From: a virus
Taxonomy: Duplodnaviria; Caudoviricetes
IMG/VR virus record: IMGVR_UViG_3300021060_000040
Location: 32,001 to 96,000 of that record
DNA length: 64,000 nt
Strand: one strand, 5' to 3'
Positions 49,721 through 58,977 of the stretch are shown piece after piece. Under the pieces are notes generated by a model, which was given only the letters and a program-made list of their open reading frames with translations, searched no databases and was not told the origin of the DNA. The translations under genes and the position numbers were made by a program. Numbering within the stretch: position 1 is the stretch's first letter; each line of letters begins with the position of its first letter.

Positions 49721-50017
49721 GTGGACGCCGTCTTCATCGGCCGCGGCAGCAAATGGGGCAATCCGTACAGGATCGGCCGCGACGGCGACCGCACCACCGT
49801 GATCGCGAAGCACGAGGCGTGGCTGCGCGATCAGCACCATCTCCTGCGCGATCTGAGCGAGCTGCGCGGCCGGCACCTCGTATGCTTCTGCGCTCCAGGG
49901 CCGTGCCACGGCGATACGCTCCTTCGGTTGGCAAACGGAACGCGCGCTGAGCTCGTCGCGTGGTGGCGAGGCGCAGATAAAACCGCTACGTGTTTCTCGG
50001 CATGCGCTTCAATCTAG
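49721..50017 (+). CDS. DUF4326 protein (frame open from 49661; start uncertain)
   Basis: VFIGRGSKWGNPY...ELRGRHLVCFCAPGPCHGD. Confidence 0.8.
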   Translation: MDAVFIGRGSKWGNPYRIGRDGDRTTVIAKHEAWLRDQHHLLRDLSELRGRHLVCFCAPGPCHGDTLLRLANGTRAELVAWWRGADKTATCFSACASI

Positions 50018-50857
50018 CCACGGGCCTTGGATGATTTTTTTGAGTCCCTCTTCGTCATCGCGCCTCTCGCTATGAATGAAGACGTAATTATGCTCCTCAA
50101 TGCTTCCGAGCGGTTTGTAGCCATAGTCTTCTAAAATTGCCTGACAATCCTTACGCTCATGCGGAAACAGCTCGACGTACAAAACTGGCTTACAGTTGGT
50201 AAGAGTGGCGGGTGCGCCTTTCAGCATTGCGAGGGTGTGGCACTCAACATCGATCTTAACAAAATCGACCTTCTTTATTTTGAAGGAGTCCAGCGTCCGG
50301 ACAGGGACGGCGCCCTTTGCATCCTTGCGGGCAAGGACAGTCGCCTGCATGCGGTTATGGGGTTGGGAAACGGGATCGCCAGAGCCGTTCTCCGCCCCAA
50401 GCGCACAGGCATAAGCAATGACTCTTTTCCCGAGACTGTTGATGCGGATATTTTCCTTCAATATCGCAAACGTCTCCGGGATCGGCTCGAACGCTTTGAT
50501 CGAAGCAGCACCCGAGATACATCCCCAAAAAACGGTGTGGTTTCCGACATTGGCGCCAATGTCGAGCACATGCCTTCCGGAAACAAATGTCGAAAGCAGC
50601 TCAAGCGTCTCCTGATCCCAAAATTTTTCGTTATAAAGCTGGTATGATTGGATGTGATCCATGTATCCTTTCGGAACATGGAAACTGATAGGAATCGTTC
50701 CCTTATAGTAAAAGGAAATGTTTTTGCTCGGTCCGAGCTGCAGCAGCTTCAGTTGTTTAATTTGATCGACAGAATAGTTGTGGGTCCATTCGATGAACGG
50801 CGAGATGTGCCGGATCAACTGGATTAATTGATCCAGTTTCTCTTCAACATTGCTCAT
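50009..50857 (-). CDS. FkbM-family SAM methyltransferase (AT-rich moron)
   Basis: VLDIGANVGNHT, AFEPIP, VRTLD, DFVKIDVE. Confidence 0.88.
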   Translation of the reverse strand: MSNVEEKLDQLIQLIRHISPFIEWTHNYSVDQIKQLKLLQLGPSKNISFYYKGTIPISFHVPKGYMDHIQSYQLYNEKFWDQETLELLSTFVSGRHVLDIGANVGNHTVFWGCISGAASIKAFEPIPETFAILKENIRINSLGKRVIAYACALGAENGSGDPVSQPHNRMQATVLARKDAKGAVPVRTLDSFKIKKVDFVKIDVECHTLAMLKGAPATLTNCKPVLYVELFPHERKDCQAILEDYGYKPLGSIEEHNYVFIHSERRDDEEGLKKIIQGPWLD

Positions 50858-51210
50858 GCCTAACGCCCGATCCGCACGCATAGTTAAGTCAATTGGCTTT
50901 ATCAGCGACAGCCGTCGTTGTTAATGCTAAACAAACTCTTCCGTCGCTAAGCAGACGGCTACTAACAGACCGCAATTCGGCAGGCAAGAATGGCCAATTT
51001 CGCTGTTACGATCGCGATTGGTATGATATAACCGAGCAGTTATAAAGCTTCAGACATATCAGATCGATCATCGAGTGACGGTTAGATTAGAGAATGCTTG
51101 AAGAAATAGTTTTCGAAAGCAACATTGAGGCCGAAGATCGTTGGGATTGCAGCCGATCACCGGAGCTGAAAGAGCTTCTGTATATGTCCTAGCTGAAGCA
51201 GAATGGCTTC

Positions 51211-51474
51211 TTGCGTCCGAAACCGCTTCTGGGAAGGCCTGGCTGGTGGGCGGCTATCATGCCGCTCATGTTCCACTACTCGATCCAGGGCGGTCGCATC
51301 GGCGACATGACCTCGATCGAGATCCGCTACTGCTACACGGACAATCTCGCCGAGGTCTCGGAGGCGTTCGAGGCTTGGGACGGCACCGGCGATCCTCAAT
51401 GGTGGCAGATCGACAAGATGACCGGCCGGCGTCGCTGGGGCGGCAATCCGGAATTGGAGTACCACGAATGGTGA
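51211..51474 (+). CDS. hypothetical protein
   Basis: GC3-rich ORF resuming after the moron. Confidence 0.4.
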   Translation: MRPKPLLGRPGWWAAIMPLMFHYSIQGGRIGDMTSIEIRYCYTDNLAEVSEAFEAWDGTGDPQWWQIDKMTGRRRWGGNPELEYHEW

Positions 51475-51710
51475 CCAGCCAGGTGGAGTTCTGGTGGATC
51501 CACAGCCCTGAGGTCGAGTCGTGGGCCGGTCTCCGGATCGCGACATTCTTCGACATCGACGAGATGCCGTTCTTCATGATCCACAACGAGCCCATGGACC
51601 GGATGGGGCCGCGGGATTGGGCGGCGATCAGCAAGCGCGAGGGCTGGCGCAAGGTCGAGCAAATCCCGCTGCCGGCCGGATTTAAGCACAGAGCACCGAG
51701 CGATGCGTGA
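51468..51710 (+). CDS. hypothetical protein
   Basis: Coupled, MVTSQVEFWW. Confidence 0.45.
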   Translation: MVTSQVEFWWIHSPEVESWAGLRIATFFDIDEMPFFMIHNEPMDRMGPRDWAAISKREGWRKVEQIPLPAGFKHRAPSDA

Positions 51711-52167
51711 GATCGACGAGGACAAGCAGGTCGTGCGCCGGCTGCTGCCGATGGTGCCGGCCGAGGCCCAGAAGGTTGGATCCCAGCATGCCGCCTGGGA
51801 CCTGATCTTCGACGCGGAAGCGCTGCTCGCCGGCCGGCCGGCCGACCCTGTTGCAGTTCGAGTCCCGCGCCAAGGCGATGGAGGTGTTCCGCGGCATGCT
51901 GGAAAACAGCGCGCCGCGGGGTGTCGGATACGCCAGCGTGGAGTGACGAGGAAAACGATGATCGAGTGGAAGGATGTCCAGGTCGACCTCCAGCCAAGGA
52001 CCGCCTTATTCTGGCGACGTCCGGCTGGGCATGGCGCCGAGAGGACATGCATACCGAGGCGAAGCTCATCAGGCGGACCGGGGCAGTCCTGCTAGACGGC
52101 GAGGTGCCGCGTCGGGGCCGCTTCTGACCGGAACGCATTGTCCCAGGTCAGGATATTGTCCTAGTCC

Positions 52168-53844
52168 TCAGGCGTGATTGTCCCATTCAGATGCGAAAGT
52201 AGCGGATTTACCCCTTTTAACGTTCTTCTGGTATCCCTTTTGTATCGTTTTCGTCAAATCTTTCACCCACTCAGCGCTCTTTACCTTGCGTCGGTAGTCA
52301 AAGTCTTCTTCGAATTCTTTGCTCTCTTCATTCAAGTCGATGATTATGTCGCCGATAAATAGAGTAACCGTTCTCGCGAACATATCTGAAGTGCCTTCGT
52401 CTCGAACATAATCCTCCGGGTGAAGTATTATCTCATTGAACATTTCATCTTCGGACAGCATTTCTCTTAGAATGTACATTAGCATATACCGCGTAAGCAT
52501 ATACTGAGCAAGTAAATCCTCTTTAATATTCACTAGCTGGGAACATATAACATTGTATATTATTCTAAGCATTACAATGCGGTCGGCGGTTACATAAGGT
52601 TTACCAAAAACATCTCCGTGCTTGTCTTCAAAAACTTCGTATTTCCTATGCGTTCCCCACGGCTCACGAAGATCGAAAGCCATCATATAAAGTCCAGCTT
52701 CTTCATTTGAAATTGCTTCGCCAGATGTGGAGGTTTCGCCACGCTTGATTTCGAAGGAGTATCTTCCCTTATATATTTGCTCGAATTCTTTCCTGAGCCG
52801 GATCTGTATGGCATCGTTCGATTTAAAATCACGCGCACGCACACTGTTTTGGTTATTCGAGAATTCTGTGATCTGCTTAGCTTCTGCAGAAGTCGGATCC
52901 ATTTGGATGAATTTTGTTAGAAGTTTTAAATCGTCGGTGATTGACGCCTTGTTGCCGTACAAAGAAGTAATGCTCTGGCAGCCGTTCACTACGTAGTAGC
53001 CGTCAATCTCTATCTTGTCTGGCTGCACCCACAAATGCTTTGCGATGATCGTGATCCCGTTGTGGAATAGCGGAAAATGCTTATGGGTGCTTTTGTCGCG
53101 AATACTGCTAGTAAGATCTTTGTTGACGCTAGTGCGCTCTAGCGGCCCTCTAACATTATAAGTAAAAAGTGATTGATCTTCAATTCCGTCGAGGGCGATA
53201 AGCTCTTTAGCTTTAATTGGAGCAATGACGGCTTTTGTGTTAATATCTACGATATGCTCGGCACAACTTACACCAAAAACGTCAAAGGAGGCGACTCTCT
53301 GTATAGGGAGATCGCGCTCGTCGGAGATGTGTTTGCTGGTAAGCTGTTTCTTGCCGATAAACGTTATCTGATTTTCGTAATGTCTTAAAAATTCTGCACC
53401 ATTATGATCTAAGTCAATGTTTACAACATACTCACCTCTGACATCGTAAGAAGCTAATTTTTCGATCAAACCAGAGTGCCTTATCAAATTTGAAACCTGA
53501 GCCCCACCAGCGCTCTGAAGTAGGTGCTCCACTGATGCGGCGGTACTGAATTGTTCTAGTGTTCCCAAAAAGTTGCGGAGCTGAGCATCCCCAACCGTCG
53601 TGTTTGTTTTATGTGATAACTTTGACTGAAATATCGTTATGGTGCGATTGTTGTCATTTATAAATATTCCATCAACTCCTTTGTCGCCGCCTTGGTCACA
53701 CACAGCATCTACTGCGTCTGTACTCTCAAGACGATAATACTGCTCAAGATACCAAATGAGAAAAGCTGCGCTCTCTGATCGCTTTGTCGATATGTATTCT
53801 GGAAAGTTGTTCAAAATATTTGGGTAATCGACATCTACGGCCAT
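52168..53844 (-). CDS. AIPR-family protein (AT-rich moron)
   Basis: GGDKGVDG..I....FQSK N-terminus; LFTYNVRGPL, FPLFHNGITII, VVNGCQS, SNNQNSV..RDF. Confidence 0.88.
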   Translation of the reverse strand: MAVDVDYPNILNNFPEYISTKRSESAAFLIWYLEQYYRLESTDAVDAVCDQGGDKGVDGIFINDNNRTITIFQSKLSHKTNTTVGDAQLRNFLGTLEQFSTAASVEHLLQSAGGAQVSNLIRHSGLIEKLASYDVRGEYVVNIDLDHNGAEFLRHYENQITFIGKKQLTSKHISDERDLPIQRVASFDVFGVSCAEHIVDINTKAVIAPIKAKELIALDGIEDQSLFTYNVRGPLERTSVNKDLTSSIRDKSTHKHFPLFHNGITIIAKHLWVQPDKIEIDGYYVVNGCQSITSLYGNKASITDDLKLLTKFIQMDPTSAEAKQITEFSNNQNSVRARDFKSNDAIQIRLRKEFEQIYKGRYSFEIKRGETSTSGEAISNEEAGLYMMAFDLREPWGTHRKYEVFEDKHGDVFGKPYVTADRIVMLRIIYNVICSQLVNIKEDLLAQYMLTRYMLMYILREMLSEDEMFNEIILHPEDYVRDEGTSDMFARTVTLFIGDIIIDLNEESKEFEEDFDYRRKVKSAEWVKDLTKTIQKGYQKNVKRGKSATFASEWDNHA

Positions 53845-54073
53845 TGTCGGTTTACGCCAGTTCGTGGACAATGTCCCATTCTGTCATAGGGATAGTGAAG
53901 GCAGCAAGATGACATTGCAAAATAATCAGCAGCCTTCGCGAAGGGGCGATTGATCCTGGCGCCAAAAATTTATGGCAGGTGCATAATCGCCAATATCATG
54001 GCCATCGACGCCATCGACGACCTTTCGCCTGCCTCGGCGCACGGGGAGGGCTCGGTGCGCCTTCTGGAGCTTC

Positions 54074-54745
54074 CTACGCGGCTGCGGCCAAGATCTCGTC
54101 GTTGTCGTTGGCTGCCTGGCCGGCGTAGCGCTGGTAGGCCTCTATGACGTCGTCGATCGCGGCGTAGAACTCCTCGAGCGTGCCGTCGTTGTCGATGATG
54201 GCCATCGGGTTCAGCCGGTCAGTGCGCTCGGAATCGTGGACGCCCCACATTATCCCCGTGAGGCGGTACAGCCATTTGCCGAGGGATAAGCCGAACGGGA
54301 GCTTCCACTTGAACGCGGCCGGACCTGTGCCCTTGCGCCGGATCAGGATGGTGATGCCGTCGTCCGCGTGGATCGCCCTCTCCTCGTTGGGGAATCGCAC
54401 GGAGTCGTTCATGGCCCGCTCGCCCGGGCCAATGCCCCGATGCCAGGTGTCGACCCAGATGTCCGGGTGGATCATCTTGCGCCCGTATTCCGTGCCGGTC
54501 TTGATCTGCAGATAGCGCGAGGTGCGGCCGCCGAGCTCCGGGATCGGCACACCGTCCTTCAGATCGCCGACCAGGTACCTGTCGATCATATCCTCGGGGA
54601 TCTTGTTGGCCCGCATCAGGACCGCGAGCATGGCCCGAAGCGGCTCGGCGATATGCCTGCGCTCGAAGCCGTACTTGGACGCGATGTACCGGGCGGCGGT
54701 GGTTTTCCCGGACTGGGCGAAGCCCGACAAACCGATGGTCCTCAC
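54074..54745 (-). CDS. deoxynucleoside monophosphate kinase
   Basis: IGLSGFAQSGKTT, AEPLR, RYLQ..GTEYGR, DSVRFPNE, HDSE, IDNDGT. Confidence 0.88.
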   Translation of the reverse strand: MRTIGLSGFAQSGKTTAARYIASKYGFERRHIAEPLRAMLAVLMRANKIPEDMIDRYLVGDLKDGVPIPELGGRTSRYLQIKTGTEYGRKMIHPDIWVDTWHRGIGPGERAMNDSVRFPNEERAIHADDGITILIRRKGTGPAAFKWKLPFGLSLGKWLYRLTGIMWGVHDSERTDRLNPMAIIDNDGTLEEFYAAIDDVIEAYQRYAGQAANDNDEILAAAA

Positions 54746-55092
54746 GTTCGTGTCCTCTGCTTCTCGCGGTACAGTCTGCGCTGCTCGCGCCGGCGTTCGA
54801 CGCCGGCTTCCGTCTTCTCGGCCTGGATGGCCGCCTTGGAGTCGGGCAGGTACAGGCCCTCTTCCGGCAGGTATTTGCTCACCGTCACCCGCTGGCCGAA
54901 CGCGGTGCGCCAACACTCGGTGATTCCCAGCGGGATCATGGCCTCGGGTAGGTCGGCATCCACCAAGACGGAGACGACCTCTTCCGGAGGAACCGAGGCA
55001 AGCACAGGCTCGACCAGGGCGGCGGCTCGCAGGGCTGTGAGCTGTGCCGGATGGCAGCGCAGCTCGGGTATCGGCTGTGCGAAACCGAACAT
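54742..55092 (-). CDS. hypothetical protein
   Basis: Coupled ORF. Confidence 0.5.
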   Translation of the reverse strand: MFGFAQPIPELRCHPAQLTALRAAALVEPVLASVPPEEVVSVLVDADLPEAMIPLGITECWRTAFGQRVTVSKYLPEEGLYLPDSKAAIQAEKTEAGVERRREQRRLYREKQRTRT

Positions 55093-55340
55093 CAGTCCAG
55101 GCCCATCGGTGTTTTCGATCCGGCGGAGGTTCGGCAGCTCGCGGATTCCAGCCGTGCGACCAGGCCGTGGCTATAAGTGCTGGTGGTGCCGTCCAGCTGG
55201 ATGACCAGCAGGCAGGGGTCACCCTGAACCCGGCCGACAGTGGCCTTTACGGTGTCGCCTTTGTCGAAATCCTGGCACGCACCGAGGGCGGCCAGGAGCG
55301 CAGCGGCGCCCGCGGAAACCCATAGACGACGCGGGCTCAT
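55092..55340 (-). CDS. putative lipoprotein
   Basis: LGAC lipobox after hydrophobic stretch. Confidence 0.55.
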   Translation of the reverse strand: MSPRRLWVSAGAAALLAALGACQDFDKGDTVKATVGRVQGDPCLLVIQLDGTTSTYSHGLVARLESASCRTSAGSKTPMGLD

Positions 55341-56785
55341 CAGGCGGCCATCGCGTAGGCCATCTCGGCCGGGACGATCGACGACAGGCCCGCAGGGGCA
55401 CCAGGGTCCTGCAGCTTGATCTCACAGCGCTCGCGCACGCCCCAGCGCTCGTGGACCAAGAAGAGCCACTGCTGGGCGGGCTCAAGGCCGGCTCGCAGGC
55501 CGTGCCCGTATTCGGAGTAGCCCGGGAAGGCCCCATTCGAGAACACGTTCCCCGGGTTGGCCGAATGGTGATAGTGCCCGTGGCAGATGATGTCGGGTCG
55601 ACGTCCCGCGCGGGACTGCTGGGCCTCCACCTTCTTGGTGCCGCGCACGATCGGCAGGAGCGGACCAGCAAAACCCTGGCCGCCGCCTGTACCCATCTTG
55701 TCGCCGTGGGTCAGCAGCAGGGTGCGGCCGAGCACGGGCACATGCGCGTCGGGTGCGGTGCCGATCTGGAAGGTCACCCGGTCGTCATCGCGGAACCGGT
55801 CGGCGATCATCTGAGCGATGAGCGTATCGTAGGACAGGCGGCTGTAGAGCTTCGCCGTCGGCTTGAAAGTCGTGCGTGCGTGATTGCCGGGGACGCTCGC
55901 GACGTGGACGCGCGGGTAGACCTTCAGCAGCTGGACGATGCCGGCGACGATCAGCGCCACCGCCTCGCGGACCTGCTCGTGGGCGGTCAGCCCGTTGGTG
56001 ATCCGCAGCTCCTCGTGGATGTCGCCGGAGATCAGGTCTCCGCCGAGGAGCAGCAGCAGGCCCTTCACTTCGGTGTCGGAGGCCCATCGCGGACCGATGG
56101 CGCAGCTCGCATTGAAGAAGCGGCGCACCCGCTGGCCGGCGATCTCGACGTTGTAGGCGTTAAGGCCCAGGATCTCGTCCGGGTCGATGACCTCGCCCAT
56201 ATGGAGATCGGTGAACAGCATCGTCAGCACAGAGCCGCTGCGGCCGGTCTCGGTAGCCTCGGCAAGCCAGCGCACCGGTGCGACGTTCATCTGGCGGATG
56301 CCGCCGACTTCCTCGAGCATGTGCTCGACGGTGGCGAGTTCTTTCCTGAGGCCGACGGCCTGGGCCTTCCAGAAGCCGTGGTCGTGGATCTCGCGGCGCT
56401 CGGTCCTGGGGTCGACGTCGTTGTCGTTGTCGTGTGGGGGAGGGGAGGGCGCGGCAAGGGGCGGCGCCTGGTCGCTCGGACCCGAGGCTTCGTCGGGGAG
56501 CTCTTCGCTCTGGGCCGTGGAGGCCTCGGAGCGGTACAATGTCCAATCGGGGACGTAGTGGGGCAGGCCGAGCTTACGGGCTCTGATTTCGCCGGTCACC
56601 CAATGGTGAAGGTTCTTTCGGCCGCGGATGAGTGCCTGGTGTAAGGCTCGGCCCTTGGGGCTATCCACGCCGGGTGGCGCATAGCCCTCGAGCAGGAGGG
56701 ACTCGACCAGAGCCTTGCGGCGCTGGCGCTCCTCCGTGGGGGTGTTGGGCATAACGGATCCCAGTTGAAGATACTCGGGGTCCAT
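55340..56785 (-). CDS. calcineurin-like metallophosphoesterase
   Basis: TDLHMGE, GGDLISG, PGNH, LTHGD, GHYH. Confidence 0.88.
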   Translation of the reverse strand: MDPEYLQLGSVMPNTPTEERQRRKALVESLLLEGYAPPGVDSPKGRALHQALIRGRKNLHHWVTGEIRARKLGLPHYVPDWTLYRSEASTAQSEELPDEASGPSDQAPPLAAPSPPPHDNDNDVDPRTERREIHDHGFWKAQAVGLRKELATVEHMLEEVGGIRQMNVAPVRWLAEATETGRSGSVLTMLFTDLHMGEVIDPDEILGLNAYNVEIAGQRVRRFFNASCAIGPRWASDTEVKGLLLLLGGDLISGDIHEELRITNGLTAHEQVREAVALIVAGIVQLLKVYPRVHVASVPGNHARTTFKPTAKLYSRLSYDTLIAQMIADRFRDDDRVTFQIGTAPDAHVPVLGRTLLLTHGDKMGTGGGQGFAGPLLPIVRGTKKVEAQQSRAGRRPDIICHGHYHHSANPGNVFSNGAFPGYSEYGHGLRAGLEPAQQWLFLVHERWGVRERCEIKLQDPGAPAGLSSIVPAEMAYAMAA

Positions 56786-56860
56786 TAGCATTCTGTTTGC
56801 AATCGCGCAATCGTGCAAACGAGTGGGGTGTCGGTGAGGGGCCACCGGCACCCCGGTGTC

Positions 56861-57163
56861 TCAGAAGCCGAACTTCTTGCTGGTCAGGCCGAGCACATTG
56901 GCGACCACGGTGGCCGCTGTACCCAGCAGCGCCCAGACAACACGGGCCTGGTTTGACTCGAGCTGGGCGATCCGAGCGCTCAGATCCCCCTTCGTGCTCG
57001 CAAGCTTTTCGTTGACCGTCTCAACCTCCTTTTTCGTCGCCATGCCCTCGATGGACAGCTTGAGATTGGTGTGTCGATGTTCGGCAGCGTCCTGCATTGC
57101 CGAGAGCCGCTCCTCGATGCGGGCCGTCTGGATCTTGATGATGGTGGCGTCGTCGTCGGTCAT
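56861..57163 (-). CDS. coiled-coil + C-terminal TM protein (holin-like/lysis accessory)
   Basis: Follows spanins; one C-terminal TM with basic tail. Confidence 0.5.
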   Translation of the reverse strand: MTDDDATIIKIQTARIEERLSAMQDAAEHRHTNLKLSIEGMATKKEVETVNEKLASTKGDLSARIAQLESNQARVVWALLGTAATVVANVLGLTSKKFGF

Positions 57164-57495
57164 CGCTTCTTCTTCGGGGTGTCGCCGCAGGCGGCGGTCG
57201 CCCCCCGGTCGATGGCTTCGGGTGAGAGCCGGCCGGCGTAGGACGCGCGGACGCGGCCGTACCACTCGGAGGTGCTTTCGATGATGCAGTTCGCGCGGGC
57301 CTTGGCCGCCCGCTCGCGAGCAGCCACGATGAGGGCCGATTCCCCGGCCCTGGGGTCAGGTGTATCGACCCGCCTGACGTAAGAGGGCAGACCCGGCAGC
57401 TCGCGATTAAGTGCGCTACCGGATGTGGAGCAACCGGCGAGCAGCGTCAGGATTGAGGCTGCAATCGCCGTTCGGAGGGTGCTTCTGGAGGTCAT
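57160..57495 (-). CDS. o-spanin (Rz1-like lipoprotein)
   Basis: LLAGC lipobox, Pro-rich, overlaps the i-spanin 3' end. Confidence 0.7.
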   Translation of the reverse strand: MTSRSTLRTAIAASILTLLAGCSTSGSALNRELPGLPSYVRRVDTPDPRAGESALIVAARERAAKARANCIIESTSEWYGRVRASYAGRLSPEAIDRGATAACGDTPKKKR

Positions 57496-57772
57496 TGACC
57501 CGCTCCTGGTTCTTGGTGAGCTTGGCCTCGATCTCGGAAGCCTGCCGGGCCGCCAGGGCCGCGGCGCCGGTGTTGGTATCCAGATCACGCCGGACGATCG
57601 CGATCTGGTCCCGAGCCGCCCTTAGGTCGGCCCGGTGTTCGGCGGTCTGAAACCCGAACCCGAAGCCGACGGCAGCTGCGATGATCGCGACCCCGACGGT
57701 CGAGGTGAGGAAGCGCAGAATGGCGGTAGCCGGCCCGGCGCCCGGGATGAGGAGGGACAGGAGCCACCTCAT
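57416..57772 (-). CDS. i-spanin (Rz-like)
   Basis: N-terminal TM, coiled coil, C-terminal Cys; follows endolysin. Confidence 0.7.
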   Translation of the reverse strand: MRWLLSLLIPGAGPATAILRFLTSTVGVAIIAAAVGFGFGFQTAEHRADLRAARDQIAIVRRDLDTNTGAAALAARQASEIEAKLTKNQERVNDLQKHPPNGDCSLNPDAARRLLHIR

Positions 57773-58935
57773 GCCGAAGCGCCCGACAGGTGGTCGTCGA
57801 TGCGGGCACGCTCGATGTTCCGGCCGACGAGGAATACCCCGACGCCGGCCGCGGCGACCGCCATCAGCCAGTGTTGAGCCACGAAATCGGTCAGCGCCGT
57901 GAACGGCGAGAGCGCGTTCTTGGCCCGCTCGAGGTAAGCCTTCGCCGCCTCGATCTGGGTAAGCGGGTCGGCCGAGGCGGAGATGCCGGCGGTTCCCATC
58001 ACCGCCAGCGCACCCTTCTTCAGGGTGGCGGCTTGGGCCATGATGCGCGAACCCACCGGGGTGACGCTCGAGCGCACGATCTCGCGCGGCGAAGCGTAGG
58101 GAAGGTGCGCCTGGGTCTCGGCATCGAACCGCCCGTTCACCTCGAGGCCGTTCTCAGCCTGAAACGAGGAGATCGCGCCGATCGTCATGGATCCGATGTA
58201 GCCGTCAGCTTCGCCCAGCTGGCTGTAGCCCAGCTTGATCAGCTGCTGCTGGAGGGCTTTGATCTGGTCCTTCGAGAGCTCGGCCGGCGCGCTGTCGGAG
58301 GCCGGAGCGGCATCAAGCGCCGTGCTGGCCAAATCAGGGGCGCCGACGAAGCAGCGCTTGGCCTTGGTGAGGTAGTTCCGGGCCTCGGCGAGCCCATTGG
58401 TGCCGCCATTGACGCGCTTGCGCAGCGCCGGCAGGTCGTCGGCATCCGCAAGCTGGTTGCAGTTGTTGTCGGTCCAGAACTTGAGGGCCGAGGTCAACGC
58501 ACCCGAGGGCGTGCGCAGGACCTCCGGGTTGTCCGCGTAGCCGGCGGCCTCAAAATTCGACTTGCCGGTGGTCTCGAGCAGCCCGGAGCCTCTGTAGACA
58601 TAGGCATCGCCGGGCTTCGTGTTGCCCATCCTGCCGCCATAGACCTTCTCGGCGAGCTTCTTCGGGTTGCGCTCGTAGGGCCGGGCGTCCGCGACGCTGG
58701 GGAAGCGGTTCGGCCACACGGCATGCAGCCGCTCGGCTGAGTAGGTCAGGTTCTCCTCAAGGAGCCGCAGCCCGCCCGACTCCACGGCGATTTCGGCCAT
58801 GAAGTGCTGGAACCGGAGCGGGGTATCGATCTTGGCAGCCGCGATCTCGTCCGCTCCGGTGACCAGGGCGTCGACGATGTCGGCCCGGGCCATCGGGGCG
58901 AACGCCCGCAGCTGCTCGCGCGTGAACGCGAACAT
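57769..58935 (-). CDS. endolysin: GH19 + peptidoglycan-binding domain + C-terminal hydrophobic segments
   Basis: HFMAEIAVESGGL..LEENL.YS, YRGSG, RVNGGTNGL; LQQQL..LGY...DG..G..T..AI..FQ. Confidence 0.9.
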   Translation of the reverse strand: MFAFTREQLRAFAPMARADIVDALVTGADEIAAAKIDTPLRFQHFMAEIAVESGGLRLLEENLTYSAERLHAVWPNRFPSVADARPYERNPKKLAEKVYGGRMGNTKPGDAYVYRGSGLLETTGKSNFEAAGYADNPEVLRTPSGALTSALKFWTDNNCNQLADADDLPALRKRVNGGTNGLAEARNYLTKAKRCFVGAPDLASTALDAAPASDSAPAELSKDQIKALQQQLIKLGYSQLGEADGYIGSMTIGAISSFQAENGLEVNGRFDAETQAHLPYASPREIVRSSVTPVGSRIMAQAATLKKGALAVMGTAGISASADPLTQIEAAKAYLERAKNALSPFTALTDFVAQHWLMAVAAAGVGVFLVGRNIERARIDDHLSGASA

Positions 58936-58977
58936 GGTCATCTCCAAAAATGAGCGGATTGCGCGAAATCGCGCAAA

